In this document: positions 11,101 through 19,308 of the stretch, piece by piece
How positions within the stretch are numbered: the first letter of the stretch is position 1
Layout: the number at the start of each line of letters is the position of its first letter
Origin: an uncultured Planctomycetota bacterium
GTDB lineage: Bacteria > Planctomycetota > Planctomycetia > Pirellulales > Lacipirellulaceae
Length of the DNA: 64,000 bases
Assembly (NCBI GenBank): GCA_963719315.1
Contig: CAVRBU010000004.1
Span: forward strand, 448,001 to 512,000
Reading direction: 5' to 3'
The notes under the pieces: generated by a model
Seen by the model: only the letters and a program-made list of their open reading frames with translations
What the model was told of the DNA's origin: nothing
Database searches by the model: none
Program-made: the position numbers and the translations under genes

Positions 11101-11581
11101 CTTGTAGGGTTCCGCCCGCGTTGATTCGCAGTATGCCGGTACCAGCTTCTTCGTCAATGATCAGGTTGCCGCCGCTCAATTCGACCGTGCCACCCGAGTT
11201 GATCGTCACGTTATCGGCGTTGACGCTGCCGTTCGCGTCACCAATGAAAAGATTTGTGCTGGCTCCCGACAGTTGCACAAGACCGTCGACGTTGAGATCA
11301 AAGTTGCTAGTAAATAGATCGATTCCGCCCGACATCGTCAGGCCATTGATCGTATTGTTGGATCCCAGATTGACGGTGTTGGACGTATTGAAGACCGCAG
11401 TATCGTTGGCGTCCGGTTCATCCGCCGGATTCCAGTTGGCGTCGTTCCCTGCGCCATCCACCCAATCGGCATTGCCGCCGATCCACGTATTGTTCGCGGT
11501 CCGGCCGATAGTTCCCAACGCGACCGCTACAACAAACGACAAAATCGCCGCCAGCAATCCGAAACGCGATCGCACGATCAT
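8132..11581 (-). CDS. Large secreted beta-strand-repeat PEP-CTERM protein (~1150 aa)
   Basis: Signal MIVRSRFGLLAAILSFVVAVALG; G/N/T-rich repeats; ADFDHDGDVDLTDY...GDANGDNKSDASDY double Ca-binding-like motif; VPEPTAAVSSLVVLAMLLVVRLGRRP. Confidence 0.85.
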   Translation of the reverse strand: MIVRSRFGLLAAILSFVVAVALGTIGRTANNTWIGGNADWVDGAGNDANWNPADEPDANDTAVFNTSNTVNLGSNNTINGLTMSGGIDLFTSNFDLNVDGLVQLSGASTNLFIGDANGSVNADNVTINSGGTVELSGGNLIIDEEAGTGILRINAGGTLQGNGLISNPDMPIGVISVLVNDGTLTALSRASIILLPPPVGTLHIADPSLGGRADLDGIGGAGVVNVTRNQTLDVDLQLSDAFSGTMNLFQNATFDSQFAWTLDLGAINVDNGAIGGLGGSPAGVAVIAGGTFTQTGGTINVVDTDGTLQLDANFTMSGGSFTNSGTAIFNGTTSITTAAGYVPANLTAQTIVNGTMTVTDAAGNFNWDGNGTAPTTINGTGQLTLNVNRIDTTDDVYGGTLNLNDNGDVAVNNAGANWTMAGTLNKNNAGTSTVSGKAMIVSGTVNVHGGTLSVGTSTFNSGSHFNVDSTAMATMSSTTLNAGAIVVDDGTISLGSASVLAGASISGNGLFRLNSTSSVTANTTIDTTSFDWDGIGSGTLHTINNGVVFTINSTKWDADDAGDVDDPINLGGSGAQIVVNNVPSWTMTRTLTANTAAAGTATLGGNSRLVFSGALAVLGVNGNTTADAPLTFGASSNANIAAARTLRLNGGNLLATVNQMEGGAINGPGTLAANAGRTLRGFGTIGAPINFDGTASILAENGVLTINGAITDVGTLGTFGATGTLNVVNAWNTNVADFVSLNGGELKGGAISNDGAAGISGNGLVSSRVVNNKNLTANGGTALVFQTAANDNDWDGTLNNGTLNALGAGAVLELRDNATFGFTGTVSASTGGRVFSSGFALDFNPGSTIQLQGATYESTNSTDIGGTVSTLVGGGESKIKVAVNNFLTFQSTSTTTLGQNLRLENNNINIDAGATFSGAGAIVVPDGSHLIPDNSANINALLVNEGTIRVAGFDTVGAATVKDYQQTNTGELFVEITGTNLNQFDRLGVNGVASLDGYLNIDIDGPFVPALGNTFPIITASALVGTFSQVDVSGMPAGLTFHINYLPNAVQLQVVSTPFFSADFDHDGDVDLTDYNIWRGAFGLNQLGDANGDNKSDASDYVLWRKQFGSHPGAGSGLSAATAVPEPTAAVSSLVVLAMLLVVRLGRRP

Positions 11582-11624
11582 TAAACGGTCCCCAACGGGT
11601 CCTAAGCATAGGAATGATTTACGC

Positions 11625-11640
11625 GGCAAAGAATTTGCCA
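11625..11640 (-). promoter_or_regulatory. Putative sigma-54 (-24/-12) promoter
   Basis: Minus strand TGGCAAATTCTTTGCC has GG-N10-GC spacing, ~45 nt upstream of the 11581 start. Confidence 0.5.
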
Positions 11641-11789
11641 ATCCGTGGCACCGTCCTTGATCTGGCCGCGAGAGCCTTGCGGACATGCAATTGCATAAAA
11701 TCCAAAGGACTGCTGATTATGCGCTGGCCCCTAATGGATGGCAACAGAAATTTCAGCGTTTCCCGAGCTTTTCCTAAGCGCAGAGGCGC

Positions 11790-11822
11790 AAAAAAAGCCC
11801 CGGCCGAAATCGGCCGGGGCTT
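11790..11822 (-). terminator. Rho-independent terminator (minus strand)
   Basis: GCCCCGGCCG-ATTT-CGGCCGGGGC 10-bp stem followed by T7 on the minus strand. Confidence 0.8.
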
Positions 11823-12132
11823 ATGCATTTTCAAGATCAATTTACTGGCACCCGAAGCTGCCTACGCACTTGGAGGCACTTTTGTTTCTGCCTTCGTGAA
11901 TAATCCGGGCTAGCCGCTTCTTGGCCACGCGAGCCAACTTTCGCTTATATTGCGGTGCTAGTCGACTTTGCAGAAACTCACCGCCGCCGAGGCATTAGTT
12001 CCACCGAAATCCTAACTGGATTTCTTACCAGGCGACTTCCGTGTTAAGCTTTTCAGGAAGCTCACCCAGGTTAACTCAGGAATTTGCGGATCATTATCGA
12101 TTTTGAAGTGCACTGCCCCAGGGAGAATTGAC

Positions 12133-12879
12133 GTGAGATTTCGTTGTGAAAATTGCAAGCATGTATGCGCATGGTCGGTCCTGCTTTCGGCGGCGCTGGC
12201 ATGTTGCGGCACGCACGCGGCGGTTGATGCTAGGGGAGACGGCCCCGCCAATGCCGCCACCGCGCGGGTTAGCGAGGAGGCCGAGCGAATTCTTAAGAGC
12301 ATTCAGACAACTCTCTATCAACACAAGACGGAGATTGATGAGACAAAGGGCGCATATCGCTGCGATTGCTCCGGGTTCGTCGGATACGTGCTCAAGCAAA
12401 CGGTGGCAAAAGACAGTCCGAAAGGTCCGCTGGGAGATGGCAATCAGCGCCCGACGGCAAGCCAATTTCAAAAAGCGTTTGCAGCGGCGCCAACCAAAAC
12501 TCAAGGCACGAGTGGATGGCAACAGATCGTGCGACTGGCCGACGCGCGGCTGGGGGATGTCATCGCGTGGCGACATGCGAAACCGATGCCGGGCAATACG
12601 GGACATGTCGTCATTGTCGGCGAGCGGCCTGTTTTGGAGAGCGACGGACTGGTGCGCGTGGTCGTCATCGACTCGACCACCAAGCCGCAGGTTGACGACA
12701 CCCGCGCCGCGGGCACTTCAGGGATAGGTCGCGGCACGATGTGGTTCAAGATCGATGCCGACGGCCGCCCGCTGGGTACCATTCGCGGTTCGCGGAAGGC
12801 CGAGCCGAAGGTCGAGCCCATATCGATCGGGCGGGCGTTGCCAGTTGCGAAAAAGCCGGCGGCGCGGCGCGCGGCCTAG
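12133..12879 (+). CDS. Secreted NlpC/P60-like (papain-fold) amidase/peptidase
   Basis: GGGAGA-GTG start, signal-like N-terminus, YRCDCSGFVGYVL (catalytic Cys), GDVIAW, TGHVVIV (His). Confidence 0.65.
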   Translation: MRFRCENCKHVCAWSVLLSAALACCGTHAAVDARGDGPANAATARVSEEAERILKSIQTTLYQHKTEIDETKGAYRCDCSGFVGYVLKQTVAKDSPKGPLGDGNQRPTASQFQKAFAAAPTKTQGTSGWQQIVRLADARLGDVIAWRHAKPMPGNTGHVVIVGERPVLESDGLVRVVVIDSTTKPQVDDTRAAGTSGIGRGTMWFKIDADGRPLGTIRGSRKAEPKVEPISIGRALPVAKKPAARRAA

Positions 12880-13019
12880 TAGATGCCCGCCGGCTCTGAG
12901 GGCGATTCGCCTTCGGGGCGGCGAAAAACCTCGTTTGTAGCAGACTCCGGGCACCCGCCGAGGCGGGTCGGCGTGCCATAGCATCGCTATGAATACGCGA
13001 TGTTTTTCCCAGGGCGGCT

Positions 13020-13044
13020 ACGGCATACGGAGTGTGCCTACTAC
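13020..13044. repeat. REP-like palindrome ending in CTACTAC
   Basis: ACGGCATACGGAGTGTGCCTACTAC; degenerate GTAGCAG-starting partner near 12937. Confidence 0.55.
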
Positions 13045-13264
13045 TTTGCAGGCCTCCTGAAGCAGTGTGGCTTGAAGATTGCTATTCGGCCGACCCCAGC
13101 GTAGGATAACTCCACTGCTCCGGCCCACGCCAAAGTTTGCTTTTGATGCCGTCGCACCGATGGCAGATGCCGGAACCGAACCGATAGGTATAGCCAATTA
13201 CTGCCAAGTCGTCGGGCAACCAGCTAACAAGTCCTCCGTAAACGCCGAGGACCCGTTAACCAGA

Positions 13265-13314
13265 AAGCCGACGTGGTGGAATACCTCTGCGTATTTCACC
13301 ACGTCGGTTTTTTT
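13265..13314 (+). terminator. Long terminator hairpin in the 5' leader of a PEP-CTERM gene (possible attenuator)
   Basis: GCCGACGTGGTGGAATAC-loop-GTATTTCACCACGTCGGT followed by a T-run, 75 nt before ATG 13389 on the same strand. Confidence 0.75.
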
Positions 13315-13388
13315 GTGGTTACGTCGACTTACGCATGCGCCGGGTGGAGCATGTGCGATTCGCATTCGAACTCCTCAAGGACATTCCT

Positions 13389-16300
13389 ATGAATCGGATC
13401 ACAACCGCGAGTCGAATCATCCTATTTCTTCGCAGGAAAATCGGGCGCGCGTGGCTGATTTTTTGCTGCCTGGCATGTCTGGTGTCCTCCACGCGCGCGG
13501 CCAACCGCACGTGGACTAGCGCGATCAGCGGCGTTTTCGGCGCTGCGGGCAGTTGGACGGGCGGCGTGCCGGGCGCGGCCGACTCCGCAACTTTTGTTCA
13601 GGCCGGCACGTACACCGTCACATTCGACAACACGAGCATTCCCGTATTGCCGAATCCTGAATCGAACCAGGACCTTTTCTTTCAGGATGGCAAGGTCACA
13701 TTCAACAGCGGTAGCGGCGGGCCGTACACGTATCAGCTCACTGGCGCCGGCGGTGACGACGCCATCATCACAGGCAATTCACTCACACTAGGCACCTCCG
13801 GCAATCCATTGCATTTAATGGTGGATGACGCTCTGCAGATTCGCGGCGGCGCCAATATGACTGCCAACTTCGGCAGTCACATCACGACCACGAACCTGAT
13901 CCTAGGAAATTCGACGGCCCCGGCCGGCAACGGCACACTCGTTATCGACGGCACAGGCAGCCTTTTGAGGGTAGGCACTTCGGCCCAAATTGGCGCAGGC
14001 GGCATGACGGGAACGCTGACCGTCCGCAACAACGCCACAGCCGACTTCAACGGCACGATCAATCTGGCCGACGGGTCGATTTCTCCGCTCAACACCGGGA
14101 TCTTGAACGTCCAGTCCGGCGGAGCGATCACCACAGCCAGCATCCGGATCGGCAGCAGCGCCACGAACGGTCAAGTGGGAATGTTAACGGTCGGTAGTGT
14201 GGTCGGAACATCGACGGTCACTCAAGACACCAATACCTCGCTGATCGTGGGCGCCAACCTGGCCGGGCCGACCCCCAACGTCGCTACCTTGAATGTTGAT
14301 CCGCACGGAGTGTTTAACTCGGGCAGTGGAACGGGAACGATCACCGTTAACGCGACGGGAACGATAAACCTCATTGGCACACTTAACGCCAACGGCAACG
14401 TCACTGTCAACGGCGGCTTGTTGCACGAAAACAACTTCGCCGCTTTCGCGCTGGCGGCCGGTAAAACGTTGCTTATCACCAACGGCGGCCGCTCCTCGTT
14501 CAGCAGCAGTGGTTACGTAACTGCCACCAACGCCAATTACAATGTCGCCGGCGCCGGTTCGAAACTGGAAAGCACTGGCGCGGTGAGCGTTCAGAACAAC
14601 GCCGCGGTCAACGTCAGTGCGGGTGGACTGGCATCATCGGCAAACCGCATCGACATCGGAACCAATGGCAACGGAACGTTATCGGTCGATGGCAGTGGCT
14701 CATCGGCGATCTCCACCGGCGCCGGCGCTAGTTCCTGGGGTGGAAACGGTGGCAATGCATTTGTAATGTTCACCGGCGACGCCAGCGGCACATTCAACAA
14801 CGGCATCAACCTGAATTCGGGCATCGTCCAAGTCGACTCCGGCGCGGATCTTAGCGTCGGCCAGCTCACGATCAGCTCGTTCGACGGGACGGCCGCGCTG
14901 TTCGTCGAAGGCGGCGGCTCGACTGTAACGCAAACCGGCGCGAGTGCATTGTTTGTCGGCGATCCCAGCAGCAACGCGACTGGCACATCGACGATCCTCA
15001 TTGGCGAATTCATCAGCGGCGCTACGTTCACAACTGGCACGGGCGTCAGCACCATCAACAAATCCGGTAGAGTCACTATCGGCAGCACGTTCACGACCGG
15101 CTCGTTCTTCGCCAACGGCAACGTCACCATCGACGGCGGCGTGCTCGAGCAGAAATCGGGCAGTCTTTTTCAACTCGCCGCGGGCAAGACCATGACCATA
15201 CAGAACGGCGGTCTCTTCTCCGTCAGCATCTACGAGACTGACAACGCTATCTACAATGTCAGTGGCGTCAACTCGAAGTTGGAAAGCTCCATCGGCGGCG
15301 TTCTTCGCATTTACCATGGCGGCCGAGTGAACGTCAGTTCCGGCGGGTTAGTCTCATCCAGTTTATCCCTGCCCATCGGCCTCGACGGCAACGGCAGGCT
15401 TTCGATTGATGGAATCGGTTCTACAGCACTAGCCAACGGCACTGGTACGAGTTTCTGGGGACAAAGTGGCAACACGGCTACGGTTACCTTCACCAACAAC
15501 GCCCTGGGCACATTCAATGGCGGCATCGAAATGGCCAACAGCACAGCGGCCGGGACCACCGCAGTGGTCAACATCCTCTCCGGCGCGGACCTGAACGTCG
15601 CCGGCAAACTACTTCTGGCCGGGTTGAACGGGGCATCCTCGGCGACTTTGAACGTGCAAGGCGCCGGTTCGACTGTTACGCAAACCGGAGCTAACGTGCT
15701 CACTGTCGGCCATGCGTCGGCAGGAACTGCAATCGTAAGTGTTCTCGATGGAGGGGCGATCACGTCCGGCACAGGAATTATCACGATCGCCCAGACGGGT
15801 ACGCTCCTGCTCGACGGCACAAATGCACGGGGAACATTCAGCGCGAATGGCGCGATGACCGTCCTCGGTTCCGTCCAGGTTGGCCAGCTACCTGGAGTCG
15901 CCGGTGGAATGTTGAATGTCAATGCTGGTCTGACCATCGACGGCGGAACGGTCCACCTGATTGGAGGCGTCATCAACGCCAATTCGATTTCACCGACCAA
16001 CGGCGGCGTGTTCGACGTTGCTGGCGGGACGTTGCACGTGGATCAATTTAACGGGAACCTAGTTAACGTCGGTGGTACGCTGGCCCCCGGTCATTCGGCC
16101 GGCAACACCACGATCGTTGGCAACTATTCGCAGCAGACCGGAGCGGCGCTGGAGATTGAGATCGGCGGCCTGTCGGCTGGCAGTAACTATGATCTGGTCG
16201 GCGTCACCGGAACTGCTCTCCTCGGTGGTGAGTTGCAATTGGCGCTGATCGGAAGCTTCGTGCCTACTGCCGCGAATACATTTACCGTACTGAACGCGGG

Positions 16301-16730
16301 TGGAATCGTCGGCGTGTTTAGCAACGTTACTACCGGCCAGCGGCTGACTACCCTCGATGGCAACGGCTCATTCCGCGTGAATTATGGCGCAGGAAGCGCG
16401 TTCAACAACAACCAAATTGTCCTCGACGCCTTTCAGGTTGTCGCTCTGCCCGGCGATTACAACGGCAACAACGTGGTCGACGCCGCGGATTACGTCGTGT
16501 GGCGGAAGGGCCTGGGAACCACTTTCACGCAGAACGATTACGACGTGTGGCGGTCGCACTTCGGCCAAACGGCCGGCAGCGGATCGAGTGCCATTGCCTT
16601 CGCCGATGGTGCCGTTCCCGAACCGGGGGTGTGGATTCTAGCGCTCGTTTGCCCCGCGGCGACGGCATCGCTCCGCAGAAGGCGATCCCGTAAAATCGTT
16701 GTATGCGCAGAAACTTCGACGATGGAGTAG
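13389..16730 (+). CDS. Large secreted beta-strand-repeat PEP-CTERM protein
   Basis: Signal peptide, repeated GxGxLxxDGxGS units, GGTLAPGHSAG, PGDYNGNNVVDAADYVVWRKGLG, VPEPGVWILAL...RRRR. Confidence 0.87.
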   Translation: MNRITTASRIILFLRRKIGRAWLIFCCLACLVSSTRAANRTWTSAISGVFGAAGSWTGGVPGAADSATFVQAGTYTVTFDNTSIPVLPNPESNQDLFFQDGKVTFNSGSGGPYTYQLTGAGGDDAIITGNSLTLGTSGNPLHLMVDDALQIRGGANMTANFGSHITTTNLILGNSTAPAGNGTLVIDGTGSLLRVGTSAQIGAGGMTGTLTVRNNATADFNGTINLADGSISPLNTGILNVQSGGAITTASIRIGSSATNGQVGMLTVGSVVGTSTVTQDTNTSLIVGANLAGPTPNVATLNVDPHGVFNSGSGTGTITVNATGTINLIGTLNANGNVTVNGGLLHENNFAAFALAAGKTLLITNGGRSSFSSSGYVTATNANYNVAGAGSKLESTGAVSVQNNAAVNVSAGGLASSANRIDIGTNGNGTLSVDGSGSSAISTGAGASSWGGNGGNAFVMFTGDASGTFNNGINLNSGIVQVDSGADLSVGQLTISSFDGTAALFVEGGGSTVTQTGASALFVGDPSSNATGTSTILIGEFISGATFTTGTGVSTINKSGRVTIGSTFTTGSFFANGNVTIDGGVLEQKSGSLFQLAAGKTMTIQNGGLFSVSIYETDNAIYNVSGVNSKLESSIGGVLRIYHGGRVNVSSGGLVSSSLSLPIGLDGNGRLSIDGIGSTALANGTGTSFWGQSGNTATVTFTNNALGTFNGGIEMANSTAAGTTAVVNILSGADLNVAGKLLLAGLNGASSATLNVQGAGSTVTQTGANVLTVGHASAGTAIVSVLDGGAITSGTGIITIAQTGTLLLDGTNARGTFSANGAMTVLGSVQVGQLPGVAGGMLNVNAGLTIDGGTVHLIGGVINANSISPTNGGVFDVAGGTLHVDQFNGNLVNVGGTLAPGHSAGNTTIVGNYSQQTGAALEIEIGGLSAGSNYDLVGVTGTALLGGELQLALIGSFVPTAANTFTVLNAGGIVGVFSNVTTGQRLTTLDGNGSFRVNYGAGSAFNNNQIVLDAFQVVALPGDYNGNNVVDAADYVVWRKGLGTTFTQNDYDVWRSHFGQTAGSGSSAIAFADGAVPEPGVWILALVCPAATASLRRRRSRKIVVCAETSTME

Positions 16731-17272
16731 TTGCCCCGGAAGTCACGCTGCGGATTCCTGGCACGTGGTCGCGGCCTGAAGAATTCTACGAGCGGTTGCC
16801 GCGCGGGTGCCGGTGCAATGAGACGGGGCTGGTGCTGGTGGATGGGACGCAGTTCGAGTTGCACGCGTTGCCGGCGGATGAGGGGTTTCCAGGGATCTTC
16901 GCCGGTTCGTGTCCGAAGACGCCGACCGAGAGCGAGCGCGAGCAGATCGAGAACTTCAAAGTCAACATCTGCCTGAGGGGCCGCGGCGGCAGCATCGCGG
17001 CGGCCAAGAAAATCATGGAGGGCGCGGCGGCCGTGATCAGTGTTGGCGGCGCCGGCGTGTTCGTCGATAACAGCGGCATCGCCCACGGCGCGACCGATTG
17101 GCTGAAACTGCAGGAGAGCGCCGACGACGACGGCGTTTATTGGGCGTTTGTGATCGCGGCCCGATCGAAGGACGAAGTCAACTCGCTCGGCATGCGCATT
17201 TTGAGTTTTCGCGACGCGATCATTCCGGCGACCGCCAGCCACGAGTACGATTCGCGCGCCGCTGGCGGCTGA
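16703..17272 (+). CDS. Hypothetical protein (EVTLRIPGTW...GVFVDNSGIAHG), possibly C-terminally truncated
   Basis: Coherent globular sequence with genome-typical codon use; overlaps the upstream gene by 28 nt. Confidence 0.55.
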   Translation: MRRNFDDGVVAPEVTLRIPGTWSRPEEFYERLPRGCRCNETGLVLVDGTQFELHALPADEGFPGIFAGSCPKTPTESEREQIENFKVNICLRGRGGSIAAAKKIMEGAAAVISVGGAGVFVDNSGIAHGATDWLKLQESADDDGVYWAFVIAARSKDEVNSLGMRILSFRDAIIPATASHEYDSRAAGG

Positions 17273-17554
17273 AACGGCTCAGCAGCAAGCGAATTTGAAC
17301 GCCAAGCGGCTCCCGCCCCCCTGCTGGAGCGTTATGCCAGCAGCCGTTTTTGTCATACCGCCGCGCCTATTCGGCGTGACGCCGCAGAGTTTTACCGGTC
17401 TACTAATTAGAATGAGGTTTGCCCGGACGAACGCGGGCAACTGTGCGATCGGTTTACCCGCTTGGTTTTCCCGCCTGGGGCGATTTTGGTGATGCAATCC
17501 TGTCTGCGATCGACACCTCATGCGGTGCCGGTCGCGGCTTCTTGGTTTTCGGTC

Positions 17555-19057
17555 ATGCGACGATCCGCGGCATATTCATCGTTGCTCGTGGGGGTTTGCG
17601 TTCTGCTCGCGCCAGGCGCGGCCCGCGCGTTCATCCTCAATCCGACCGACCCCGACCCGTGGCTGTCGACCGCTTCCGGTTCACGGCCGAACGGCAACGG
17701 CACTCCGGCGACAATCACTTGGAGCATCGTGCCGGACGGCACCAAACTGACGAAAGCCTCGGGAATCGGCAGTTCGACGAGCAATTTGATCTCGTTCATG
17801 AACACGACCTTCGGCGGCAACCCCGCGCAAACGAACTTGACGCTGCAGCCGTGGTTCCATTTGTTTACTGATTCGTTGGGCCGATGGGCGCAGTTGGGCG
17901 GCGTCAACTATGTCTATGAGCCGCACGACGACAAAGTTCTGCTTCCCAGCTCCAACGGGCTGCTCGGCGTGCGCGGCGATATTCGCATCGGCGGCTACAA
18001 CATCGACGGGGCCAGCGGCACGCTGGCGTTTACTTATCTCCCGCCCAGCGGCAGCGATATGGTCATCGACACGGGGGATGGCACCTTCTTCAGCGACCCG
18101 ACGACGAACCACATCAATCTCCGAAATACCGTGATGCACGAACTCGGGCACAGCTTCGGACTGGAGCATGTGGCTTCGACCACCAGCAACTTGTTGATGG
18201 AGCCGATCATCGATACGTCGTTCGACGGCCCGCAACTCGACGAGGTCCGCGGCGTACAGTTCTTCTTCGGCGACGCGAACGAGAAATCGAACGGTGGGGC
18301 CGGGAACAACACGCCAGCGCATGCCACCAGCTTGGGCGCGATTTCGCCCGGCGGCACGAAGACGATCGGCGCGGCGGCCAACATTGCCACGCAAGCGATC
18401 AGCGCGACGGCGACCGATTTCGTGAGCATCAGCAACGCGAACGACATCGACTATTACTCCTTCTCGGTCGCGGGGCCGACGACGCTGGCGGCCACGCTCA
18501 CGCCGCGCGGGGGCGTCTTTACGCAAGGCTCGGCCGACGACAATGAGATTCCGACATCCTTCAATGCCAACGCGCGTAGCGATTTGGCCCTCACGCTGTT
18601 TTCGACCAACGGCACAACGACGCTGGCGACGGCCAACTCGAACCCGGCAGGCGTCGTGGAATCGATCGCCAATCTGCTGCTGCCGACGGCCGGCACGTAT
18701 TTCGCACAGATCACCGGGGCAGACGACACGATTCAGTTGTACCAACTGTCCCTCACGGCAACGCCGATCCTGCTCGGCGACTACAACCAGGACGGCGTCG
18801 TCGACGCGGCCGACTACGTCGTGTGGCGCAACTCGCAAGGCGAATCGGTGGCCACCGGCACCGGCGCGGACGGCAGCTTCGACGGACAAATCACGTCCGC
18901 CGACTACACCGTTTGGCGCGCTCACTTTGGGCAATCGTCGGGCGCCGGAGCGGGCGGTGGAAGTGGGTTATCGGAGGCCGCGGTGCCGGAGCCGGCGACG
19001 AGTTCGCTGTTGCTGTTCGCCCTGTCGACAATCGCGCTTGGTTGGCGGCGGCGGTGA
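17555..19057 (+). CDS. Matrixin-like (M10/metzincin) metallopeptidase with a PPC-like domain, dockerin-like module and PEP-CTERM
   Basis: GDIRIG, LAFTYLP, HELGHSFGLEH (HExxHxxGxxH), Met-turn LMEP, DIDYYSF, GDYNQDGVVDAADY, VPEP-TM-RRR. Confidence 0.88.
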   Translation: MRRSAAYSSLLVGVCVLLAPGAARAFILNPTDPDPWLSTASGSRPNGNGTPATITWSIVPDGTKLTKASGIGSSTSNLISFMNTTFGGNPAQTNLTLQPWFHLFTDSLGRWAQLGGVNYVYEPHDDKVLLPSSNGLLGVRGDIRIGGYNIDGASGTLAFTYLPPSGSDMVIDTGDGTFFSDPTTNHINLRNTVMHELGHSFGLEHVASTTSNLLMEPIIDTSFDGPQLDEVRGVQFFFGDANEKSNGGAGNNTPAHATSLGAISPGGTKTIGAAANIATQAISATATDFVSISNANDIDYYSFSVAGPTTLAATLTPRGGVFTQGSADDNEIPTSFNANARSDLALTLFSTNGTTTLATANSNPAGVVESIANLLLPTAGTYFAQITGADDTIQLYQLSLTATPILLGDYNQDGVVDAADYVVWRNSQGESVATGTGADGSFDGQITSADYTVWRAHFGQSSGAGAGGGSGLSEAAVPEPATSSLLLFALSTIALGWRRR

Positions 19058-19308
19058 TTCGCGACGGCCACGTGCCACGCCGGATTCAGCGGCAATTCTG
19101 GCCCAAGGCGACCGGCCCGCACATTCCGGCGGGCTTTATTTTGCCATTCTCGAACGATTTGTTTTGCTTACGACGGGGCTATTGGCTAGAATCAAACGCG
19201 CCTTCTCCAGCCGGAGATTGTCGCCTGCCTTTTCTAGTCGGGGAGGGTCGCCGCGGCAACCGGCCTCTCATCCGCCGATCGTGGCGTCCTCACTATGGAG
19301 GGCCGGTC

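Noticed and set aside
11820..12120. tmRNA, RNase P RNA or tRNA in the intergenic region
   Set aside because: No tRNA-like ends, T-loop or GAGGAAAGTCC signature found; kept only as an unassigned sRNA candidate.
18823..19308. Long N-terminal extensions in the ORF track (for example 18823, 5143, 22439, 57177, 458)
   Set aside because: They overlap upstream genes or repeats; downstream starts with RBS and signal peptides fit better.
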